In this document: positions 1-13,300 of the stretch, piece by piece
How positions within the stretch are numbered: position 1 is the stretch's first letter
How the letters are laid out: each line of letters begins with the position of its first letter
Assembly (NCBI GenBank): GCA_040954595.2
Contig: CM082594.2
Span: 3,953,319-4,017,318 of the forward strand
Reading direction: 5' to 3'
DNA length: 64,000 nt
Source of the DNA: Balanoglossus misakiensis
Taxonomy: Eukaryota > Animalia > Hemichordata
Made by a program: the position numbers and the translations under genes
Notes under the pieces: generated by a model
Told to the model about the DNA's origin: nothing
Database searches by the model: none
Seen by the model: the letters and a program-made list of their open reading frames with translations, nothing else

Positions 1-99
1 AGTTAGCCTCATCGGTTGATTGTTCGCCAAATCTGAATCTGAATCTAAAACGAGCGAAGAAGAGTCTGTTATCATTGACGCTTTTGACGCATTTAATAG

Positions 100-2929
100 A
101 TACACATGTTGATGGCTGCCCTCTACGAAGCATACGTCTCGACGATCCTTCTGAGTTTCAGGCCGGGGAGTGTGGTTGCCGACACCCGCAGCGCTTTCAG
201 GAATGAGACGGTCGTAACCGATGAAGAGATAACAGAGAAACTCAGGGAAAATGCCGCTAATTTTTCCTTGTTTGAAGTTGAAGACGTCAGTTTCTCCGGT
301 CAGTAAATATTCCGGCTACACAGTCAGAGTTCAGCGGGTTTTTGTTTTAAATTCTGAAGACGTTATTTGGTCGTGCTCATATGTAAATGTATTGGAAAAC
401 CTTCTCATCATGTTATATGTTTGGACAGTGATTTTGCATAAGGTGTAGGTTCTACCACTTGAGTTGACGCCAATAATAGGGGTTAAAAAACAACAATTGT
501 TGTCTTAAGGGCACAATCTGACGTCAACTACATTGTATATAAAAGCGTCATTTAAAAAGTGTATTCATCGAGATTTGTTATTTGTTTTAGAATCCCAAGA
601 CAGCGTGTGCTCAATACCGGGTAGTCACAACTGTTCAAGTGATGACCATTGTATGGACTTGGAGGACGGGACGTTTACTTGTGGTGAGTTTCAGTTCTCG
701 CCGCCAGGTTTAAATAGACCATTTTCCGAACTCCGCGAGACCATGCGAGATCTCGCGTGGTTAGGCAGTTTATATGGAAGGGCATAATCTTTATACATAG
801 GCTTGAGTCTCGCGAGATCTCGCAACGTGCGGAAAATCATCTATTCGGCTGGTACAAGTGGTTTAAGGGTCACTGTGGCATAGACATTCATCCTGAGTTG
901 CAAAAGTTCACGCATGCGCGCCTTCAAGCATATGATAAGATAGGAGACACCCTGAAAATCGTGATCACATATAGCACTATGCAGTTAGCAAAACAACATG
1001 TACATGTACATGACCGCAAGATTATATATACACAAGCAAGATGTTAATATCATAAGACATCCACCACCAATATTGTTTTCCTCACAGGGCCTTGCAACAG
1101 CAATCCGTGCATGAATGGTGGCACGTGTTGGGCGAATGCAGATGACTTCAATTGCACGTGAGTGTTTAAGTTCCCAGCTGACCAAAGTGGCAGTTTTGTT
1201 GTATATGTGAAAACTTATGTATATCTACCACGCATGATTTCAAAGGACACACATGGAAACGCGTCTGTGGCCAATAGTGAGTGGTCGAAAAAAATAGGAA
1301 GGGGTTTATGACAGTATTCCGTGAAAGAGATCCGATTGTGTGTAGTCCATCTTATCATGAATTCTTCCTGGGGTAATAAAACAAGCAAACAACAAACGCG
1401 TATGTTAGTGACGTTGTTAAATCTCTCCAGCAACTGTATTAGTTTCTTACAAATTCATAAATGTTGACGGCTATTCGCCGTTTTTTCCCAGGTGTCCAGA
1501 TTCGTACACAGGTGACACATGTGAGATCAAGCTTGGCGCTGTTTTCGAAAGTGGTATGTGACATTTCTTGCTTCATAGAGCATACACCCCCGGAGCTACG
1601 GGGTCTATAACAAAGCCAATAGCAAGCAGTATAATAGTATGTAAGATAGCGACACCAAAATCAAACCAGTAAATTCCATAATTCCTCCATATCGTCAACA
1701 TTTGTTCGACAATATTAATCTGATTTGGACATTTCCATCAATGTAAAACATATCCACCAGTCAATGTAGGAAAGCAGGAACCGCCGAGTTTCCGATAGTG
1801 TTAGAATAAGACAAAAATATCGATCAGAGTTTAAAATCGCCACATATAATGCTCCACCCCCTTAACTCCTTGAGTTTCATGTTTACGCGTTTACAGTTTT
1901 GGACAGGGCCGAAATCATTGGCCTGTCCACCGGTCTTGCCGCGGGAGTTCTTGTCATCGGCGTGATCATCTTACTGATACTCTACAAACGGCTGCGTAGA
2001 GGGAAACCCTCCCCTCCTGCAGTCAAGTCACCGAACCGGCCGTGGTCACTGCCTTGGTCGGCGAGCGACTTCGCTTGGCCCGGCGGCGCTCCAGCCGAGT
2101 TGTTTTGGGGTCCGGGCGAGTCGGGCGAGCCGGGCGAGTCAGACGACTTTGACAGCTTTCACGGGAATCTCGTCTATGGTCGTCGAACAGAAGTGGCAGG
2201 GCAAGACTTCCAGGTGGCGTGAAGTTCTTATTATGCAAAATTTGTTTCTACTGATCAAATGGCAAATGTTTGCACCAGCAGTTATGTGCAAGTTTATTTT
2301 ATATTAATTTGTCCAACAATTGTCATTGATCCCCCCCACTTTGAATTCACGTAAATTATGTTAATTATAATTTAATTTAATTTAATTTAATTTAATTTAA
2401 TTTAATTTAATTTAATTTAATTTAATTTAATTTAATTTAATTTAATTTAATTTAATTTAATTTAATTTAATTTAATTTAATTTAATTTAATTTAATTTAA
2501 TTTAATTTAACTTGTGTTAACTTACATTAACTTAATTTATTTTGCAGAGTTTCTTTCACCCTGGTGGGGATGAAGCTAGCGAGTCCTCGGGTCATCATGG
2601 CTTCATAAGACCCTACACTGTTGATGGATCCGAAGCCGTGAGTGTTCAGGTAAAGAGACACTTTATTCAGTACTTTTGCAAAATTGCACATTCATCCTTG
2701 TATACATGGGGCAGATCGGTGATGAGATGTCCTTGCAATGATAAACGTCCCGTCTCTCTCACTGACGTTCTGTGCTCGCCTCATTATACACCATCACATT
2801 GCAGAACTTTTAACACCTTTTGCTGTGCCTTTCACTTCGTAGGCCGGAACGTACGATGCCGCTGCCTCCATCGAGAGCAGAGAGTTCAAAATCCCGCGGG
2901 CTCATCTCCGAAAACCGCCGCTCTATTGA
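100..2929 (+). CDS. 3' part of a SEA-domain, EGF-like, single-pass transmembrane (mucin-like) protein; 5' end lies upstream of the window
   Basis: Phase-consistent GT-AG exons: 100-298 (SEA end with FRPGSVVAD, a GSVVV-type autoproteolysis motif), 591-683, 1088-1157 and 1492-1553 (EGF-like CNSNPCMNGGTC...CTCPDSYTGDTC), 1897-2213 (hydrophobic IIGLSTGLAAGVLVIGVIILLIL then YKRLRR), 2548-2637 or 2649, and 2843-2929 (ends FKIPRAHLRKPPLY*). AATAAA at ~3192. Confidence 0.8.
713..845. mobile_element. MITE, short internally deleted copy of the family at 4482-4732
   Basis: Imperfect TIR AATAGACCATTTTCCG / CGGAAAATCATCTATT. Both ends closely match the copy at 4482-4732. The terminal AT may be a 2-bp TSD. 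Confidence 0.75.
2366..2510. repeat. (TTTAA)n microsatellite
   Basis: Near-perfect pentanucleotide run in an intron of the SEA-EGF gene. Confidence 0.95.
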
Positions 2930-4481
2930 CATTCAACGTCGTCGTGATGGGCGAAGTGTACGTCAATGTATAACACCGTGAAGTAACAAGTTTCTCACGT
3001 GAAGAAATTAAACTTTTCTGATCAATTTTTTTTATCACAACTGTACATGACTACATGTTTGTCATGTAAATACTTAGCCGAGGGCGTCATTTGGAATGAC
3101 TACATAGGCCGGTTTCTTAACTATTTTATATACAATGTAATCATAAAACGGAACTTTTAAATAATCTTAGAGTTATTATTTGTAATCAGGTAATAAATTG
3201 ATAGTTCTTAATTTGATATATTTAGAGAATTGGTATACATAATCTTATAATGGTATTCATAGCTTGATGTCCTCGTATACGGGCCAATATTTACAAGAAT
3301 TAACTACGTTTCTCAAACATGGGACGGAAATAGTTTTCATTTATATAGCAGATATATTTATAAATTGACGTTTCCTTCTGGTGAATGCTGGCTGAAAAAG
3401 CCACTGTATTTGAAAGGCAAAGCATTAAACAATTTGTTGTTTCAAAAACTGTTCTACCAAACAATTGGCATGAACGCCTGAGTTGACTGAAACAGAAATA
3501 ATGATCAATAAATGCGGCAACCTGTTAGAACACTACAAAGAAAATGTAGAAGTATATTTCAGTTGTCAATGAGCTTGAAAACTGTCACGTGAGCGTTTGA
3601 GAATTAAAAGCACATATATATTCCTATAAAGCAATCAACGTGAATGAGTAAAAGTATATGGAGTTGATATTGATAACATTTTGAACGTCAACCCTTTTTC
3701 TTTCAATACAGCTTCGATAAAGGTTTCAATTTGTGTTAGAAGAATGACGTATTTGGAGTTCAACAAACAGATTAAAATATCCCGGGTGTAGATGCTCAGT
3801 GGAACTAATCAAAGACAAGAACCATATATATTATTCTGAGGTTTTATTTGACTGTGTGATAATAACACACATACAACATAAAGAACTTACACAAAACGAT
3901 CGTCTGCACACAATAATGTAATATTTCATCGCTTTACATGTAAATATATATATAGAACTTTATGTAAATTAAGTTTTAAAAACAACGATTATGAATAATA
4001 CTGTACTGGGAAAAGGATGGGGACAATCCAGTAATAAAGAAATTGAATGAAAACGAACAAAATGGTAAATTTCTCAAAGTGCATGCAATGGACGGTTTGG
4101 TTTGGTGTGGTTCAAAATCAAATGGCGCCGGGATAAATTTAAATGCTAGAGTTGGTAATATAAAGTAAAATTAAATTTAATACAGTTGTATGAATGATTC
4201 GGGTATACTAGTATATTATTAACACGAGAGTAGCTGTTTGGTGGTAGATAGAAGTGTGCATTTTGCTAACGGATGGCGTGAAGAGGCTTACTTTTTATAA
4301 GTAAAAGATAATTGTGAGTAAAATGAGTATTGTGAAGCACGTGCCTACTAGTAGAACTAATTTCCCTTGCTTCTGCGCAGCGCTGCAGTCAGCATGTCAG
4401 TTTCTTTGTGTCACGCACAGTATTTTGTCACTTCCGTCTGGCTGGCTTGTTCCCCTGCTTGGTAGAGCGGTACCTTTGGCC

Positions 4482-4732
4482 AATAGACCCTTTTCTGAAC
4501 TCCGCGAGACCCTGCAAAATCTCGCGTGGTTAGCCATTTTATATGGAGGGGCATTCTCATGTGACGCAGGACAGATCTTTGTGTTAAACGGCGCAAAGGT
4601 TGGAACTTCTGTTAAACTCTGCACCTGTTCCAGTTTCATACATAGCTGATTTGTATTACTGGTTAGCAACCCTATGCAACGGTATTTAACCAAGTCTCGC
4701 GAGATCTTGCAATGAGCGGAAAATCATCTATT
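4482..4732. mobile_element. MITE, longer copy of the AATAGA...TCTATT family
   Basis: TIR AATAGACCCTTTTCTG / CGGAAAATCATCTATT. Shares GAACTCCGCGAGACC...ATCTCGCGTGGTTAG and AGTCTCGCGAGATCT with 713-845. Confidence 0.75.
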
Positions 4733-5335
4733 CTAGCGCATTTACATTTCCAAACGAATAAAAGCTATAGTTTGGAGTGTTAAAATGCAGCTTTACAAAC
4801 AATGCAAAAAAATTCATGACGACGGCATGATAAAAATACAATATCCACCTATTTGCAAATGAACTTAAACGCGTATTACGAAAGCAGCAAATGAGCATTG
4901 TTCAATCTTTATAAATTATTTTGTTTAAATTTATTATGAGTAAACTAATATTAAAATTGTGTAAGTGATTCAGTATGAGCCAGACATTGTCTGTGGTTAA
5001 AAAGTTGTTTTGTTAAAACAATACATCCGACGATTCGGTCAATTTCCGTGGAATAAATTTGCATGCAACACACTTGAGTCGGGTAAAAGACGTATATCAG
5101 TCCTTTAAGGACAAAAACATACGTAAGTCAAATTAAAACACAGCTGGTTTTTAATCTGACATGATTTTATGACTGAAAGTCTCCTGATTGTACTATATGC
5201 CTAAAAATAAAATTACTGTCCACAATTGAAGGTGGATGATAATAAATAAATGGAGCCCAAAATGGCTGCTGTTTGGCTCCATGTTATATCGTCATTGAGT
5301 AGGTAGTTCTGGTTTTGGTGATGCGTTCACATGTT

Positions 5336-7317
5336 TTACCACTCAGAATAAATATATGAAGGTATGGCTTTGGGAGGGTGTTTACCCTTCAGTTCTTTGA
5401 CGTTTTTCGGCGATTTTGAAGTTTTGCCATGGGTTGCCATAGAGGGCGCACTGATCTTCCTCTGCCTTGGTGCCGTCGGACTACCAGGTGGGCTTTTCGG
5501 TTGGTGGTGAGGCATGCTGGGTAAACGAGAGGGCAGGCTGATTTTTCTCTGCGGAGATGTGGGGCTGCCTTGTCGTGGACTCTTCACGGTACTTCTCGGT
5601 GAGGAAGGGACGGAGCTGCGCGAGCCGACGCCGACTTTTCTTTGGCGGGAAACGTCGGGTTTGGGCGAGGAAGAGAGGGTTCCCGATCTCGGTGGCGACG
5701 ACGAGAGTTTGGACTGACTTGGCGGGCTTTTGCCCGTCGGGGTATGCTTCACCGGAGGTAGTTTCACAGTCCCCGTCGTCCAAGCGCGCTCTCTGCCCTG
5801 GCAATGGTCTTCGTCGTTGCCGGGCAACGACTTGCTGAGCAAGTTCGCTCCGCGGCGGGCCTCCTCGTCGAGCTCGTCTAAATTCGGAAGCGAGCCCGAG
5901 TGCTGGCGTAGCTGTGCGTAGTACTCCTTCATCTCCTGTTCCTCCGTCTCCTCGGCGTCCGGCTGCTCCGTCAGACGCTTCATCACCTGCCGGCCCATCT
6001 GGAAAGCCACCCGATGGGTACACTGTATCTGTTCGGCGTTCATCCCGTTCTTGCTGACCACGAAGACGCCGTAGTCCTTCCTCGGGTCGGAGATCGGGTG
6101 ACATGGTGTGGTGAACGGCGCGCGTTTCGTAACACTGGTGTAGTCCGACAATATTTTCCTCCCGCGTGCCTCGCGCGCTCTCCGCAACTCCGTTTTCTTC
6201 TGGGCGATGGGCGACAGGATAAGAATGTCTGGGGTGTGGCATCGTCCACTTTCCATGGCGTATTCCTCCGCTGTGCCGTAGTCTACATTATCTCTCAGCG
6301 TCAGGTCTGCCTTCCCCATGGTTACGAGAACCCTTGAAATGTCTTTGTAACCCATTTTGGCAGCTTCTAACAATGGCGTCAAACCTGTACGTTGTTGGGA
6401 GAAAAGAAAAGTCTATTAACTTCCAACAGGAAAAGCATCATAAGCCATTCTGTAACCTCCCTATTTCATTCATTCTCTCACTCCGGCCTCCAAATGTAGT
6501 CGGGACATGAACGCAGAGTTGGGGTAAATTCAGTAAATGTTACCCCTGCTGTAGATGGGTTTTTGACTCGCTAGATTTTGAAGATATTGTCGGCGAAAAC
6601 AAGAAGGCCCAGCCAAAAGACAACGTGCATGTCACCTTCATTAGCAACTACTCGTGCTATTGCCATGACTTTCATTTTTTATATAACTTGACTGTATAGG
6701 AAAGTTTTCATGAGGCTTCATCTGTTTTGAAACCGGCTGCAAAACATGCTAAATTCGCAGTTTGTTAAAGACTCTATCTGCGCACAAATTTGCGCTAAAG
6801 TGTTGCGTTCATTTGGCGACCACTTACCCAAGTTATTCTTCAAGTCCACTTTGAGTCCGAACTTTTTGAAGCAGTTTATGAGAGCGATCACGACCGACGT
6901 GTTGCCGGTCTGAGCGGCGGCCATCAACGGGGTATTGCCCTCGTCGTCCTGAATGTTGGGGTCGATGTCGATGTCCTCGGCGAACACCCGAACCAGGTCC
7001 TCGTGCTCCATGGCGCACGCGTGGTGCAGCGCCGTCTTGCCGCCGTTGTCCTGGCTGTTGATGTCCAGGCGCGGGTCCTCGATCATCTGCCTGGCTATCT
7101 CCCGCCGGTTCTTGGGCACCATCTCGGTGAAGCACAGCTTCATGATGGGCGTCATGTTCTCCTGCTTGGGGTCCTCGTAGTTGATGTCGATCCCCGTCAG
7201 CTTCAACGCTGTCCGCATCTGCGTGAAGCTGTTGCTTTTGATCGCCTCCGCCAGGTGAAAGTTGGCCTCCTTTGACTTGTTCCTCTGCATGCCTAATGAG
7301 TTGTCGTTTCGAACCAT
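5336..7317 (-). CDS. Ankyrin repeat protein, ANKRD63/ANKRD34-like, with S/P/R/K-rich disordered tail (~512 aa)
   Basis: Coding exons 7317-6828 and 6384-5336 with a phase-1 GT-AG intron. Ankyrin motifs GKTALHHAC, GNTPLMAAA and GLTPLLEAA. The segment LINCFKKFGLKVDLKNNLGLTPL resembles ANKRD63 LVRSFRRLGLRLDRTNRAGLTAL (recalled from memory). A strong acceptor at 7506-7508 implies upstream 5'UTR exons. Confidence 0.8.
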
Positions 7318-10300
7318 TTGGACACGTGGTCAAAAGAAATCTCCCACCCACAAATACACACACACACGACAAATAAATGTTCAGGGTTCAATGTCAAATG
7401 TTCTGGTCTAAAGACCTTTTAAACGTTCTTCCCGTACGAATTAATCAATGCAAAAAAGTCGTATCGAAGTCACAACGTTGCTTGCGGCGTTTGCTTTAAT
7501 TCTGCCTGAAATGAAAAAAAAATACCAGACGATTAGGAAACGCTGCTTGGTCAACGGAAGAAAAACACCATCTCATTCCAGACAAACAACCAAAAGACCG
7601 GCCGGAGCATAGAACTGCGGCAATTTTCAAGATGGACCGTTGCAATGGAAAACATCGAGAAAGGAAGAAATCTATGAGACACAGTGATACACACGAGTGA
7701 ACTACAGCGACGAACACAAATATCGTCAAACAAACTGTCCATTCAAAACCTCGCGCGTTCTCGCGGCTCACTTCACGTGACGTGCGCGCTCAACCACAAG
7801 AGCAGGCATTGAAGGGGCAAGTTTCGAGTTACCCGCGGGCTTTTGTCGCCAATATGACTTCATTAAGACCTGTAAGAGGGGACGCATACGTAGCATTGTT
7901 ACAGCCGAGTGGGGTAATTGATAACAACGTGTAAGGAATTTTGTATTTTGCACGAAATTCTTCGTTCTCCTGATCACCCAATGCGTGTCGACATTTTCGT
8001 TTTGTTCGCGCCCAGTCACGCAGACAGACTACACAAACTTGTTGACGTTGATTTTCACGAATTTCGATTGGCATACCCGAAGCACAGGCAAGCGACTTAC
8101 TTACTATTAATCCAGATGACGGATTGTTCGTCTATGTTATTTTCGCCTGTGTTTTCTTCCCAAATGCATGCGCACGACGACTTCAAAACACCAGAATTCC
8201 AGGCACTTTTGCGCGGGCATTTAGTATCCGTCCTGTCGCTTCGAACGACAGACGTCGAATGACTGGGTGTGAGCTGCGCACGACTGTCTAGGTCAACGAA
8301 AGTTGGCAAGATCAGCGACCGCAGCTTAAAAAACAACTTGTTTTGACCGCAAAGCCGATAAGATAAAAATACGATCCCTGTCTCATGTTTCCATATTGCT
8401 CGACCTCAATTGTTGAAGGGTCACGTGCGACATAAAACACGTCCATTTTATAGTGTAATTTCACGCCATACTGTCTGCATTGTACATTGAATTACTTCTT
8501 TCCTTGAATGATGTTTGACCCGAGGGCGGGTTGGGTACGCCAGGGTGAGCATCATTTCGCGCGTGCAATGGGGACGGAATTGGGCACACTGTTGTTTTCA
8601 TAGCCATTGTTTGTTTGACTGTTTTGTTAGTATTTTTGACGATCATTTTACGAGAATCTAACATTATGGTATTTCTTGCGACCCCAGATTTATCAACGGA
8701 TCTTCATAGGCATATTGATAATTTCATATTACAAATTTCAGCCCCCTGACTGACTAACTGCAAACTGACAAGATAAAATAATTTGATTGCATAAAAACAA
8801 TTATTAAAGGTAAGTTTGCTAATTTCTAAGCTTGGTTATTTGGTGATCATTATTATTTTCTTTCGCCCGTTTTGATTTTTGAAGAAGTGTAATGAAAGTT
8901 TTTTGCAGTAGATGTAAGCTGAAACACTATTTGTCGTCGCTTTGCGTTGTTTGGCCTTGGAAGGTTGTTTTGAAGCAAGGCAGGGAGAGCGCCATTATCT
9001 GTAAACAGAGACAGGCTTTCAAGAGAGTCGATGGATAATTTCAAACATAATATAGGCCTATAGTGAAAGGTCAGATTACAAACGTATATTGGCGACGTTA
9101 ATGCCTGTCACTCTGTTCACGAAAACATTATCCTGCGCAATCGTTTACCCGTGAAAATGCTGGGCAAACACTTTTAACGAAAAGACCGATTGATCGCAGT
9201 GGTAGCCAACAGGTGCGGTTATTCATTTTATCGCGTTCGCGACCAAGCGGAATTCTTCTTGTTATGATGTACTCTATGTGCTGTGAAAAACAACGCCGTA
9301 TGGTGTTTTCGAGTTTTCGTGGCTGGCCTAAACGCGAAATGGTAATCAGCAATAGGCTCTGATATCGGTTCGCCCAGATAGCAAGATCGAGCATCCCGTC
9401 TGGAACTGTCTAACAGACGCAAATGTTATTGTTTTTTTACTTTAAGACGAAATATCTCCATTGAAATGTTTATTTGACAACCCGAGTAGTACAACCAGCG
9501 CAATATCATGAAGACACAGTTCACAAATAAACTGCCAGGACAAGTGTATTATACATAATAAATTATTGGATCAAGTCAACCAATATCAAATTTCCAATTG
9601 TAAAAAAATCTCAAACAGACATGATAGATTGTAGTTTCTCGACCCTGACGAAATTTAAGGTTATGAAAAAAACATATATTCGCGTTAAAGTAATTAATTT
9701 ACATATTCTGCCGAGTTTTGATCGTAATTGCCTCAAGCACGGTAACCGTGCCTCAAGCTAACGTCCATCATCTCAATTTTTGTCACATTCTGCCAAACGG
9801 CCTTACGTCACGAGTTACACAGTACAGAGTTTGTAAACACCACCAGAGGGCAGACTCTCTGAACTTCAACCAAAGGGCCTTCATCGCGAGGGCATTCAGT
9901 GTCTGACAGACTTCAATGCCTGTGTTGTGGAGTGACCGTGATTATAGCGAAGGATGGTCGCGTCGCCATTTGCACACACGCACCAGACTGAAAAAGACCA
10001 ATTACTGCAAAATTTTTGATCGACCGGTGACATTAGCACCGAAATGAACTGACACACATAAGACACATGCACGACAAAATCATATACATGTACATGTCTA
10101 GGTTTCAGCGTCCCCCCACAATCACTTAAACGACGGTATTTCTGGCCCAACGATAGCCATGATCAATCCTACCTTGAGGCCTCCTTGTCTGGACGGCCAG
10201 TGACTAGCTGAGAGCCAAAATCGACGTGACCCGGGCCGACGGATTTGTCGTCTGCCTCGTTGCTTTCAAATGGCACAACTATCTTAATCAGCGGGGTTCT

Positions 10301-13300
10301 CATATCGGCCTTAGTGGTGTGTAATGACTTGTCTCGCTGCCATGAACGCACTAACAACCGGAACTGCGCCGACGGTGATATGCAATATACGATTGTCAGT
10401 GCACAATGCCAGCCGTGATTTATGCCCAGTAAACTCTCTCCACTCGAGGTGAGGGGTTGAGGAGTCAACGAGAGTTGGAAATAAATCTTCGGAGTGAAAC
10501 AAGTGCTTATAAGCCAGAATTGGTCAATCTTCATCGATCGATTGGAAAGGGTTGTCGTTTTGAGTGACCATAAGTATCGTTAAATATTATTTCGATTATT
10601 TTAGTTTTTACGAGAAAAAATATATTTATGTACTGCTTAATACATTACAGAAACTGCCATTTTGTATTGTTATGTTATGCAAGGGTGTAAATTGACTGAA
10701 TTTAATTCTGTGGCGCCATAGAATGTAAAGCCCCCCCCCCCGCCCTCTTTGTCCTTGGTGGGGGTAAGACAAGGAGAATGTTGTCACAAGACTGTGGTCT
10801 AATCCCTTTAAAGGTTACCAAAAGGACAAGGTCCCTCACTTCAGTGAAGATTGGTCAGTGTTTAACTGTCTACAGTACTGTACCAGTCCAGTTGCCCCTA
10901 ACTCACAGTTTGGGATCTGTGAGTATTTTACTGACCCTTCACGTTTTTTTTCTTAGTACTTTAATCTGTTCGGCTTAAAAGATATACCCTGGTGAACAAA
11001 GAAGGCTTAAAGCCCAATGAGCGTAATTACCACAGATTTCATAAGTCCCTTATCGCTGTTGTCGTTTTCGTGAAATGTACCTGGCCAACTGAACAATGTG
11101 ACCCAAATTACGATATGTGGAATCTGGTTAATATATCCGACTTAAACCCACGGCTATGTTTTTCTGTCGCTTCACGTGGGAAATTACGAGTCGGGGGCTA
11201 TTTGTTTGCATCAACAGAACCTTTGCAACGTTGGAGATGTGTGTTTGTACGCTGGGGATTATTACGTTTCGTTGGCATGCCACGATTGCCTGGAGATCGA
11301 AGAATATGGCACAGATTGCGAGCAAGGTACCTGTCCGCTTAATCTGAAGCGTCAGATCTCGAATCATGTATGCAATGAACAATAATACTGCGATCGCACT
11401 AAAGTGTTTGGACGAATTCAAAACAAGATAAGCGGACAATGGAATATTGGATTTCAGCTCAAAATCGATTGTGTTTATTACATGTTCAATGGAGGGATAG
11501 GTGTTTTTTGCGGTCGGTTTGGTTTTCGAGAGCCGTGGGCATTTCCAACTGTGTTTTTTTTCTCTCTCTTTAAATTTGCCGTAAACACATTTTATGCGTG
11601 ATTTACAGATAAATTTGAGTTTACTTACACTAAATTTTATTGTTTTGAGACTCACGCGACGACATCACGTCGGGTCCTTTATTTTAATGTGTTTACACCC
11701 TCGCCATGTTTGACCCAAATCAATTAGTACATGTAGCGGTCCGGTAAACAGCAAAATCTCAAATCACATACGTAACTGATCGTACGTCTCCTACGCAACG
11801 CAAAACTTTTCGATTCTCGTATTCAGCACACACACACGGGTTTAATTAAATCCCAACGACGGTGAAAGCAAATATTATGCATAAAATGTAAAATAACAAC
11901 ATAAGCGTATAAGAAGAAAGACCTTCGTGGTATTGATTAAAATGAATATACGACTTGTTTTTGCGTCACCTTCGCAATCTCTAATCTCGGCGGCTAAAGT
12001 CGAGGTCTTCTCACACCTGTGCGTCCAGGGATCCAAACGACAAGCCGATCTTAATCCCTCCGCCGTTGCCCGTGAATTGGCGTCTTATCGGGGCACTGGC
12101 ACACTGCCAACATCTCCGAGCATAATATAGTGCTTTTTATAACATGTTTACTCCGAAATTGGGCGCCAAACTTGGCAAAGTGCTTCCAATCGATCAAGCA
12201 GACGGTGAAGTGGTGGCGCGAAAGCTTGCCTCTATGTGTCGTCTGCTTTGATTTGATTTACATAATAACCTTTTTCGAATTCTGACATGGCCCTTTCGCT
12301 GTTTGATTGATTTATGGTCGTCAACTGTTTTTATCGAATACATTTCCCGTTTTCAATATACCTTTTTCGTTGTTCTTACTGTTATAATGTAAACATGGAA
12401 GAACAAGTATGCAACTTGCACCCACACACGCAATTTAGTAGGCCTACATGAATTCAAGTCGGTGGAAATGAGGCGTACACCTTTGATTGCCCTTATCGTG
12501 TTGTAGCGATACCAAAGTTCAACTAGGTCGAAGATTACAACCCCAATCGATTTAAAGCTAAGATTTTAAAACACGATAAAGGCCGATTTCTATCTCGGTG
12601 GGACTCCATAAATGTATTCATTAACGATATCGGCGAAAGCCACGGTCTATACTGTCAAATGAGCAGTGACAGTATACCTCGAGTGAGACTGACTATAGAC
12701 CGGGCGAATTTTCCAAGTGACGTTTGAACGCGGAAAATCGGTCACTGGCTGAACCAAATCTAAACGGCAGTTGCAGTGAACACGGCGAATATTTCGACTC
12801 GAATAAAACGCGTCTATACTTTGTCGGTTGAACTTCGTCCACACAGAAGCCAACGAGCCCGTTTGAGTGCAGAGTGTATGGCCTATAGCATGTACCTCCA
12901 TTGGCCCAGTTGTGGCACTGACACCTGTTGCAGTTGTGTTCTTGTCGGGCAAAAGCGACAGCGGCGCTGTAATTAGTCGGCGGGCTTACCTGTTGCTGTT
13001 TCTCTCTGCGCCGTTGTTTCTACAGTCTCATGCTGTCTGCGTTAGTGGTGAGACCACACGGGAGACCAAAACACACTCGAATGCATTCGCGTCTGTCGCT
13101 GTCAGACCGTTACTGTTCACAGTTACGTACCACTATTTCAAAGCTTAGCGGAGCGGAGCTCGCTCTCTGTATTGTTCACCAGTTCGCGTATTGTTTGCAT
13201 CTGCTGTTACAAACGTGCGTAATGGCATTGTTATACCGATCGACTTGTCGGCCACATCTCGAAAACAAACAAACTCGATGACGTCAAGCTTGGCGGGGTG

